The position numbers and the translations under genes were made by a program. From assembly GCF_001194135.2 (NCBI RefSeq), contig NC_068983.1:31676721-31740720 (forward strand): a stretch of DNA of 64,000 nt. Reading direction: 5' to 3'. This stretch comes from Octopus bimaculoides. Taxonomy: Eukaryota. The notes under the pieces were generated by a model. It saw nothing but the letters and a program-made list of their open reading frames with translations, was not told where the DNA came from and made no database searches. Positions 40,901 through 52,326 of this stretch are shown here, in pieces (the stretch's first letter is position 1; each line of letters starts with the position of its first letter).

Positions 40901-41956
40901 GAACATTTGAAAATTCCCAATGTCATATACCTAATTTACTTTCTGCATTTTTAATATAGACATTTACAACCACCCTCAAGTAAATAGCTTTGTAATCTTC
41001 TCAGGTAAATTTGAGCATTAAAAAATGGGTAATAGAGAGAAAAAAAATTCACCAAAGGTAAGATGCAGGCATGGCTGTACAATAAAGAAATTTGCTTCAA
41101 AATGAAGTGGTTTAGACTTCATTCCCACTGAATGAATGCTGTCAGCTGGTGTTTTCTACTGAAGATGCAAATTAACCAAAATCTTGTTGGTGAAATTTGG
41201 TAGACATGGCCAGCCATGAGCTGCTCGTTATTCATAGGTGTGGGAGAAATAATACCTTACTTGGAGAAAAGCGAGAGTTGACAACAAAAAGAGCATCTGA
41301 CTACATAAAAATATGACTAATCCAAGCATGAAAAAGTGGACATTAAAATGGTGGTGATGCACATACAAGGGGGTACCCAAAAGAAACTAGAAACATTCTC
41401 TGTGTGTGGGACAAACCTGTTGTAGTTAAGGCTTCTACAGTTAGAAGCCACTTGATGTGACCCCCACTACTGCTTAATGATGTACCCCCACTATTGTTTG
41501 ACAACTGATGTTGCTGTGTTTACCTTCCTCTAACTTAGCGGTTTGGTAAAAGACACTGACATAATGAGTACTAGGCTTACAAGGAATAAATCCTGTGGTT
41601 CATTTCTTCGACCAACGGCAGTGCTCCACCATGGCCGCAGTCACATGACTGAAAGAAGTAAAGCAATAAAAATCTATGCCATTTTAATCCCGAGGCTGGG
41701 TATCTCTGCTAGTATGAAATATAAACTCAGCAACTTAAAGCTGGTGTGCAGTGCAGGATCAAATGTTGTGATCTACTATCAAAGCCCAATATCCTCTATG
41801 CTCATGTTATATTATTCTTATATTAATCTCATGTAAAGAAAAGTTCCACATCAGTATCCAGCCCTGGAAGATACCCCACTGTAGGATAACATGTGGTGGC
41901 CAAATAACAGCATAAGAGCTTTTAAGTGCACATTATTAGGTTTTTACCCAAATTAT

Positions 41957-42053
<97 letters not shown>

Positions 42054-42102
42054 CACTGGAAGTGTTTTCAACTTTCATAAAAACCAAAAATATAAACAAC
42101 TA

Positions 42103-42318
<216 letters not shown>

Positions 42319-44357
42319 TCAAAAAGTTTGAGAAAGAAATAACGAAAGAAAAAAATACTCAAGGTTACTTTTAATTAAAGAAATCTATTCAACAAGATCA
42401 CACTTCTTGGGTTAAATTAGTAAATAAGGCAAATAGACAGGTCAGGCAAAACCTTGACGAACAATTAAATGTTAAAAAAAAAAAGTGTAGAAACATTAGT
42501 GCCATTAGCACTTATTGTGATCATTACTATTTCTGTGGAAAATGTAGAAGTTAAGCTTCTGTTGAGCGAAGTCCAGTAAGTTAGTGCCATTTCAATTTAC
42601 TAATGATACTAAATATACTTTGAAAAACATGAAATTTACAGAATATAATTTTCCCTGCCACATAGAAATATGTCAAATAATAATAATGATAATAATCAAT
42701 ATTATTACCATCATCACCGTTGAGACTATGGATGGCTAAATCAGTTATGAATTCCTATATAAAACATCTTGAAGATATTTAGTTTTGTCTACATTCTGAG
42801 TTCATATTTCAATAACTTTGTTTTTCATCCTTGTAGTGTTGGTAAAATAATACCAGTAATACACATTTTTGGCCATGTGTCCTCTACCAGTCAGAAAAGA
42901 GTAACACTGGTGACCTAGCAACTGGAATGTGATCAAGCATTCACTACTTGCCACCAATTAGGCAATGCAATAATCGAAAGCCCCACTTGAGCAGTATAAG
43001 GCAGACTAGTGGTGGATAAGAGTAATGATATCCTCAGGAAAACTCTAGGCATCAATGAGGACAAACTGGCTGATGTGTTGTGGGGGATTTACAAGCCAAG
43101 GATAACTATGGATAACTTCTAGAAATCCTTGACCTGGCAATAGTACCAAAGGATATTACTGATTGAAGATAACAGGCACAGAAATGCTATGAAGCAGAAA
43201 TGTTGAAGATGCATGCAGAGCAATGAAACTGTACTGCATACACTCATACAATGCCCAAGCATTACTGATTTGTGGCGTTATGGCAAATAGCTGTTGTTGC
43301 ATATAGGACAGATATGGCTATTGGCCAAGATCATCCTGAAGATCATGCCACTGCTCTCTTTTAATGAAACTGGGCAAGCAGTTTTTCTCTAGCTGATGGC
43401 TATGGCAAATTAGTTTACGTGGTGTATAAGTCTTTACACATTAAAGTCAAACATGTTCCTCTTTGATCAAGCCCACATTGACTTTTTCAAATTTCATCTG
43501 GAAAAGACAGTGAAAGTGGCAAAGGAAGTGCTCTCCTCCAGTAAAGTTTTTCAAAATATGGGTGACTGTGGCAAAACTGGCTAAAGTGAATGGTACTCTA
43601 AGCTTGCATTTATAGATTGGCGAGCAACAGTTAGGCAGGGGCTTGTTTCCTTGGTAATCAGTGTGATTTTGGATATGTAGGGTTCCTTGACTGGCACTAG
43701 CTGGGAGACTCATTTATATCAAGAGAATTGTATTATTCATGTATTCATATACTTTGTATATGAATACTTTCCATCTCATTTCTCCCAACCACCTTTCCTC
43801 TCTCATCAGTGATTTTAGTACACCCCAACAAACTGCAACCCATTTTGTAATTTTCCTCTCACTTGATGCCTGTGGCAAATAGATGAAATTACTATTATTA
43901 TTGTTATCATCATCATCATTACTATTATCACCTACACTACTACTATTATAATAAAATTTGTCGAAGCAATAGCACCCGAACTTTTCATTTTCAGACTTCC
44001 TGATTTTTTTTTTTTGTTTGTTTTCTTTTTTCTGTTAAGCTACATTACAATTCCCTTAAAATAAAATTAACTGTTTAAAACAGAGATTCAGTCACAAAAT
44101 GCTCAACCACGGAACCAGTTGATGACAAATGGCAAAGCACCACTATTTTAGTTTTGTAGTATTTAGTTCTGATCACACCAGAATTGACTTTCATTTCTCT
44201 AGCTTTGATAAAATATGTAACAATGAAGTATTGAAACCAATCTAGTAGAAGATATCTTTCCCCTACAAATGATTAGCATTGTCTCAATGTGATGAGTTAT
44301 AATTTGGAAACATTCATCTCTATTGTCAACTAATAGATTAACACACTGCATAGTAAG

Positions 44358-44393
<36 letters not shown>

Positions 44394-47155
44394 TCCCATA
44401 TGGCTCTTATCAATAGCATGTTGGTTTGCAAACAACTAAAATTCTCATATGTCACTTTTATTATTGTCATTAAGTCCTGTATTTTTGAGAACAATAATAT
44501 TGTCAGTTAAAGGTTTCCAATGAAGCAAGCACAAGTTTACTGCATTTCCAATAGTGCAAGTGACAAGATAATACCTGTGCAACTTGGGCAGAAAAAAATA
44601 CAAAGTATTAGTTTGAATGTTCTGGTTTATCAGTTTCCTCACCAATGTCAACATTTTTTCCCCACTATACATGAGTGAAAGATATACACATCTTATATGC
44701 GTGTGTGTGTGTATATGTGCATACATACATACATACATACACACACACAAGGTTCCACAGTTTCCATCAACCAAATTTTGTTCACAACTCAAAGCTACAG
44801 TAGAAAGCCAAAATTTCAGTCAAAATCACAATGAGACTAACATAAATGTAAATCACCTCTGTGCTGGAATCTGCCTATAAGGAGATGAGTTAAAAAGAAA
44901 GTTCTTTAAAACCAACTGAACATGATACGAGTGTAGCACTGAAGAACAAGCCATTAAGCCACTTGCCCTCAATATTCACAGACTCAGAACATCTATGATT
45001 TTACACTAGAAACTCATAAGTTAATTGTTACTACTGATATGACAAGTCTTAATTCATTTGTACTGCATTCCAGACAATAGTAGCTGTCAATAATTATATT
45101 GAAGGGAAAATAATAAAATGATGGAATATTGACTCAATAAACAAAGCTAAAAGTTCTATATAAGGTAATATTTTTCTAACTTCCTAAAGTGTTTACTCTG
45201 ATGAAGGAAAGCTCTCATCAAAACATCAGCTATTCAGACAGGAACAGCAGATTCAAAACTATTGAATTTTTTTATCATTTTAACTTTAATCTTCATATCA
45301 TTCCTGTTCTCTCTTAACTTTCCCTCTCATAGAATAGCAGTGAATATCAATACTACTGTATAAAACATGACTATTCCTCACAATTTCATTTATTCACCCT
45401 CTTTATCTACTTATGTTTTAAAAATAATTCAGTCACAAATCTATTGTCTTTGAAGTGTCTTCAGGTAATCAATATCTTAAACAAAGTTTATACTTAACAA
45501 ATTGGATTTCAATGTTAGTTTACATGAATCAAATCAATTTTTGATCTTTGATAATTTGTTTCTTAAATATATTTAAAATGTTCTTACATATAATACATAA
45601 TTTTAAGATAATAGATGGAAGAACATACGTTTAAGACCACAGGCAAACTCATGAGAGCTTTTGTTTGCCATAGGGTTATTAGAGCAAGTTAGCTCTGTAT
45701 AGACCAGGCCTCTTCAAACTAAACCTGTAACAGTAATTACTGCTCAGTACTGAGATGTGCATCTCTATGGTACTTTTCTTATAAAACAGGCAGACTAGGT
45801 CACTGAGATCTTAATATATCAGCTCGTAATGCTTCATAGTAGCAATGATGGAATACACATTACTATTGCAAAATAATAATAATTACTGAATTTGTTTTTT
45901 AAGCTTAAAAAAGGCTTTTATTTTACCAGGTCTTATTGCAAACTGCATTCATAAATAAAGTGTCCACGATGTACAGTAAACACCACCAAAGTGTATTTGT
46001 AAATTTAGATTACTTTTTTTTTTACTGTCTTGTATTAAAAAATACAAATTATTTGTTTGTAAGTTTAAAATTGGCTTTTATTAACCATGTATTATTGAAA
46101 AACATTCATAAATAAAGTATAGAACTGGGAATGGCTATTATCGGATTAGCCTAGAGACAAGTAAATTCAGCCTAGCTTTGCCTAGAGACAAGTTAATTCG
46201 TTTTAAGTCATTTTTCGACTTAAGACATGTCTCCTGAAACCAATTAACAACATAGGGTGAGGTATGCCTGTACATTTGTTTTGTGTATTAGTAATTTTTT
46301 AAATATAATTGTAACTGTGTATATAATTTGTAAATGTTTATGACTGAAACAATCAACACACCTCACCTGCAATGAATTAATTTTTCCAAAAGAAAAAGAA
46401 ATGACTTTATGCAACTCCAGTTAATTAAAATTACAAGAAAGCTAAGAGTGGGCTCTTAGATATTGCCAAAAATATGGTACAAGTAAATTGAGAGACCCCA
46501 TATTCACTCATATATAAACTTATTTCAAGAGAGATGCTTTACTAATTTCTAAATTACTGGATCCATTTCACCATATGAATGCTCAAAAATGAGCAAGACT
46601 GAAGGGTTTCGCTCTACAGTAGAAAACATTAAAAATAATTAATAAAATAACAGCAAAGTATGCCACTGAGAAGTAATCGTTGTTTTTTTAATTAAACAAT
46701 GAAGTAATGAATCAGGAGTTAGAGGGTCACTGCCCAAGGACACAAAATAATGCCTAGAGCAAGCTCTGATCTCACATGATAAAACAGGAATATGATACCA
46801 ACACATCAAATCTAGGCCAAGCCAAACCAAATCACTTTAAAATGTAAGATATGAAAGTCTAGTAACTACCAAAATATCTTTAGTTTTGAAAATAAATATG
46901 TGTGTGTGTATTCACACACACAAACATACATACACACATATGTATACATATAAACACACAAAAAGTATGTGACTTTTTGAAGCTAAAAGCATTTCAGTAT
47001 TTACAATAATCTTAGAGTTTTATGTATAACACTTGTCAAGCGCTATGATGTATATGTACATATATCATAATTTTCGACTGCTTTCCATCCAGGCATGGGT
47101 TGGCTGGGTTGTTTACTGTCTTTTAGGACAGGTTGAAGGACCATATCTAGTTCAT

Positions 47156-47195
<40 letters not shown>

Positions 47196-47339
47196 ACAAA
47201 GAAGAGTCAGAGAAAGACAGGGAGACAAACTAATGCATAGCAAGAGGAAACAGCAAATTAAAAGACAATAAGATTGATGAAAGCATGTAGTGTTAATTGC
47301 TTTGTACAAGATGTCTGGGATAAATTTGACGATTCTTTA

Positions 47340-47700
47340 TGTTTCCTTTTTTTTTTTCAGGAACAGCTTGATGTACTGGTGAACAGTCAATGGTGTTGGA
47401 AAGCACAAAGATTAAAGCTGTAGTTGAGGAAAAGTTAGCTGTCACAGAGGACAAGAAGCAATCTGAATATTGGAAAAGAGTTATCTGTATGATGATTATT
47501 CATGATGGGTATCAAAATGCTGACATCATGAGTCTGCTCAAAGCTCTGTAAAAGCTGTAAGACATGGCATGGACTGCTGCAACAGAACTACAAAGCCATG
47601 GCCAGCAGGAAGGGACACATTGTCAGTCACTAAGGGACATGTTCAAATGGTTAAGGTCAAGCAACTGACAAGCAAGTCTGAGGTGTTGAACAGAATATCT
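47340..47700 (+). mobile_element. Probable 5' fragment of a Tc1/mariner-like element
   Basis: Degenerate KRVI.MMIIHDGYQNADIMS HTH-like stretch; weak. Confidence 0.35.
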
Positions 47701-47814
47701 ACTGTAGCCCATCTTTTATATCAAGACACAACATGTACATAACACTTCCAATCAGTTAAGATCAAAAGCCATGAGAACCACGACCTGGTACTGTGTAAGG
47801 GCATTTATTATTAT

Positions 47815-48443
47815 TATTATGGTGGTGGTGAGCTGATAGAATCGTTAGCATGCTAGGCAAAACGCTTAGCAGCATTTTAGCTATCTTTACATTCAGAGTT
47901 CAAATCCTGCCACGGTCAACTTTACCTTTCGTCCTTTCAGGATTGATAAACTAAGTACCAGTTGAGCACTGGGGTCAATGTAATCAACTTACCTCTCCCC
48001 TAAAACTGCTAACCTTGTGCCAAAGTTTGAAATTATTATTATTATTGTTATTGTTATTAAGGCAGTGAGCTGGTAGAATTGTTAGCACATCGAACACGAT
48101 GCGGAGCAGCATTTCGTTGATCTTTACATTCTGAGTTCAAATTCCAACATGGTCAACTTTGCCTTTCATCCTTTCAGGGTCAATAAAATAAGTACTACTC
48201 AAGTACTGGGACTGATGAAATCAACTTACCCCCACCTCCAAAATTGATGGCCTAGTGCCAAAATTTGAAACTACCATTATTATTATTATTGCTATTATTG
48301 TTGTTATTAAAGCAATGAGGAAACAGAATTATTAGCATGCTGGGCAAAATGCTTAGAACCATCTTGTCCATCTTTATGGTCTGAGTTCAAATTCCGCTGA
48401 GGTTGACTTTGCCTTTCATCCTTTCAAAGTTGGTAAATAAGTA
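47815..48443 (+). mobile_element. Three tandem SINE copies separated by (ATT)n; third interrupted by a DNA transposon and resumed at 49714-49800
   Basis: Unit gxgagctgxxagaat...gagttcaaat...cctttcxtcctttca...aagtaccagttgagcactgggg; same family as 14460-15165. Confidence 0.85.
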
Positions 48444-49713
48444 CAGGGATGGACGTTTTTGAAAAAGTCAAAAAATCATTAATTTTAGCTGCAAACAAAT
48501 TTTAATGACATCAATGTGTTCATATTAAATTAACATTTGTCAAAATCAAGTGTGGAAAACAACATCCATCATGTGATGTCCGTTTTCAATAATGCATTTC
48601 TGAAGGCGTTCTTGAAAGTGGGCCTCCACTCTCTCCAGTATTGCTCTGCCAATTTTGACAACTTCCACACAAATAGATTCCACCAAATCGTCTAATGTAC
48701 AGGGCTTATGTGCATAAGCACATGCCTTGAGGTTTCCCCACAAGAAATAATAACACATGGACAAATCAGGAGACCAAAGGAGCCAAGGAATGTCAGCAAA
48801 CCTGGAAATGAAGTGGTCACCAAAGAGAGAATGAAGAATGTCCATTGATGTTCTGGCTGTCGCCCCATCCGGCTGAAACCACACACATCAAATAGGCATA
48901 CATATTCACCGTAATTCAAGCCAAAGTTGTTTATCACCTTGATGTAACACTCAGAGTTCACACAGTAACAGCATTTCCATTATTGTCTTAAAAAAAGTAA
49001 GGACCAATGATAACAGCTTTTCCAACAGCACACCAGACCATCACTTTGGGCAGTGCAGTGGTCTTTCATGCAGTTCTCTCAGATTTTCAAGAGCCCAATA
49101 ATGACAGTTCCGTTGATTCACCATGCCACTGAGATGAAAATCAGCTTCATCACTCATTAACAAATGAGGTTGTCATTTGCTTCAAAAATTGCTTCCATCT
49201 GACGTTTGAAGTTAGGCCACTGTGCATAATCCCATGGTTTCAACTGTTGCCCGATGACCAACTTGCATGGGTAGAAATGCAGGTCTTCATGCAAAATACA
49301 CCTTACCAATCGATTATTGATGCCAAGTTCAGTGGAATGCCTCCAAGAAAGGTGATTCAGACACCGTATCAAAGCTTGTCTGACAAGTTCCACATTTTCT
49401 GGGGACTGGTGGCATGAAAGATATGCATTCACCCAACGTAAGATTGTGTTACAGATGGGAGCAACCTAATTTCAGTGAATGTTGAAGCGGCAATGAAACT
49501 TATGCTGAACTGCCGTGACAGACTCGTTATTCTTCATGTAACTGTCATAGGCAAACACGTGATGCTCTATTGTCCACAGCGCCATGGCTTCCACCTGAAA
49601 AGAAAAAAATGCTAAGACACCGGGGACCGAATGGTACCTGTCAGACATAGTCCCTCCTACTGGGGCTGAGTAATAGTCATTTCAAAAACGTCCATCACCT
49701 CTGCCCCACCCTG
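48444..49713 (-). mobile_element. Decayed Tc1/mariner element, rosa/DD41D-like, 1270 bp
   Basis: TIR core GATGGACGTTTTTGAAA at both ends with terminal CAGG (left TIR has a ~13-bp deletion). From ATG 49585: MALWTIEHHVFAYDSYMKNNESVTAVQ (DUF4817-like HTH); WFQPDGATA and WSPDLSMCYYFLWG. Confidence 0.85.
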
Positions 49714-49932
49714 CACCAGTTGAGTACTGGGGCTGATGTAATCAACTTACCCCCTCCCCCAAACTTGCTGGCCTTGTGTCAAAATTTGTAATTATTATCA
49801 TCATTATTAATTTCATTATAATTAGTGCATAATTTAAATACCTTTAGAAGATACAGTTCTATATTTAAGAGATGAGGAATTATGTACATTATTTACAATC
49901 GACGGATATTTGTCCTAATCTTGTTTGTTGCT

Positions 49933-49973
49933 AACACAATGTTTCAGCTGATATACTCTCTTCATCAGGTGTC
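49933..49973 (-). ncRNA. Decayed hammerhead motif (5' strand of stem II deleted)
   Basis: GACAC CTGATGA A [GGCTG missing] GAGAGTATAT CAGCT GAAAC ATT GTGTT. Confidence 0.6.
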
Positions 49974-50396
49974 TTGGGGAAATCTCAAACCTGGGTTCTC
50001 ATTCCTAAGGTATTTTTCGATGTTGTTGTTATTATTATTATTTTTATTATTATTATTATTATTCAGGTCACTGCCTGGAATTAAACTCAGAATTTTGGGG
50101 CGAGTAGCCCGCACTCTTAACCACTATACCATACGATAGTAATTAATCAAGTCCCTTTCTTTTCCAAAGTTCAAATCCAAACAGGATCAAATTAACATTT
50201 CATCCTGCCAAGGCCGATAAAATGAGTACCAATCAAGTAGATATGATAGCATTTAGAATAATATTAAGAGCGCGGGCTACTAACCCCAAGATTCTGTGTT
50301 CGATTCCAGGCAGTGACCTGAATAATAACAATAATAATAATAACAAAATCGAAAAATACCTTAGGAATGAGAACCCTGGTTCGAAATTTCCCCCAA

Positions 50397-50442
50397 GACA
50401 CCTGATGAAGGCTGGAGAGTATATCAGCCAAAACGTTGTGTT
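50397..50442 (+). ncRNA. Minimal type-I hammerhead ribozyme motif, one core mutation (G12>A)
   Basis: GACAC CTGATGA A GGCTG-gagagtatat-CAGCC AAA AC-GT T GTGTT: stems I and II and a palindromic ACGT stem III are present. Confidence 0.75.
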
Positions 50443-51963
50443 AACAACAAACAAGATGAGGACAAATACCCATCAATTGTAAATAATGTACCTTTAGAAG
50501 ATGTAGCCCGATAGCCTATACAGGAACCATTATAACTATCTTTATTTATGGTTTGAGAAAGCAATCAAGAGTTTTCTGTCTTGAAATAAGAATTAGACAG
50601 CTTGAAGAACATGTATAGAAGTGTTGAATGTTAATAAAGACGTTCATTATGAACAAGAATGTTTTCAGATCCTACCCAGTAAAGCAATTTTCTGGAACAT
50701 GTTAATGTCCATCCTTATAAGTAATTTGTTGATCTCCTTACATAAATCATTGTGTATCACTCCAGTTGTGTCAACTACCAATGTGATTGCTAAGCATATT
50801 ACTTAACTATCATAATGTTTTGAGTTCAAAAGATAAGTCACTCTAAATTCCTTAGCTCTCAGTCAGCGTCTACACATTATAGTCATTTGGTATTACTATG
50901 CTGATAATTAATATGATTTTGTCATCAAGTCTGGCAAGCTTGTTATGTATTAACTAGAAGCAGTCTGCATGCTAATTTTTATTATTATTATTCATTTTAT
51001 TTGTTGTTGACTTCGTCATTCATTTCTGCTAGGTCATTCACATTTACAAATAGCTTTGTACCAAAATAAGAAGTCAAGGGCAATCATCATCATCATCATC
51101 GTTTAATGTCTGCTTTCCATGCTAGCATGGGTTGGACGATTTGACTGTGGACTGGTGAAACCAGATGGCTACACCAGGCTCCAATCTGTGGTGAAAGAAA
51201 TGATACAATGACAGACTAAATGCTCTATAGTAATTAATCAAGTCCCTTTCTTTTCCGAAGTTCAAATCAAAACAGGATCAAATTAACCTTTCATCCTTCC
51301 AAGGCTGATAAAATGAGTACCAATCAAGTACAAGCCAGGGCTGTAGAGTCAGAGTTGGAAGCAATTATTGGATTGTCAGGAACTAGTAAAAATGAATCAA
51401 TCCTGACTAAATTGTAATATGTACTACTTTATAAAAAACAGTCTCCATTTTTGGGTTTTTTTTATTTAAGGTTTTATGTTATGCTAAATAGTTTTGTAAC
51501 TTCTTTAATAATATTAAAAAGCCTCATTACCATACTTACAGCCTGTATATTCAAACTTTAACAAGCTAGGGAGCTAAAAAGTAGCCTTATTATCCACAGT
51601 CAATATATATTGTGTAATATCAGGAGTTTCCCAGTGACCCAACAGGTCATGGGTAATCTAGTTACATATAAAAGTTTGTGATATTAAATTGTTGAGTTAA
51701 CATCAGAGTCAGAAGTTTATATACAGACTCCAATGTCCTTGATACTAGCATCAATTATGTGGTCAGTATTGACCCCCACAGGTTTATGTGGCTATCCAAA
51801 GGGTCAGTAAACACTTGGAATGATTTTGAGCATTAAGGTTGCTGATTCATTAGCAAACTGAATCTGCCAAGTAATTTAAGGCTAAATCTCACTGGTTTCC
51901 AGCCAAATATCAATGAAATAACCAGTATTTACCAAACACATGTTTCACATTAAATATTCCATA

Positions 51964-52002
<39 letters not shown>

Positions 52003-52054
52003 TAGTTTTAGGGGAAATAACCAGGTTTCAAGAACTCATCGATGGAAATCCATG

Positions 52055-52288
52055 NNNNNNNNNNNNNNNNNNNNNNNNNNNNNNNNNNNNNNNNNNNNNN
52101 NNNNNNNNNNNNNNNNNNNNNNNNNNNNNNNNNNNNNNNNNNNNNNNNNNNNNNNNNNNNNNNNNNNNNNNNNNNNNNNNNNNNNNNNNNNNNNNNNNNN
52201 NNNNNNNNNNNNNNNNNNNNNNNNNNNNNNNNNNNNNNNNNNNNNNNNNNNNNNNNNNNNNNNNNNNNNNNNNNNNNNNNNNNNNNNN
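52055..52288. other. Assembly gap (234 N) near (AT)n tracts
   Basis: N run. Confidence 1.

Positions 52289-52326
<38 letters not shown>

Larger units (their letters stand above)
49853..50488. mobile_element. Inverted dimer B of the tRNA-head/hammerhead repeat, with filler DNA
   Basis: Minus arm 49853-50133, plus arm 50264-50488; TACCTTTAGAAGAT at 49839-49852 and 50489-50502. Confidence 0.88.

Noticed and set aside
47341-47400. Strong plus-strand acceptor (ttcctttttttttttttcag) suggesting an antisense gene
   Set aside because: Downstream sequence has stops, looks like transposon debris, and has no partner exons.
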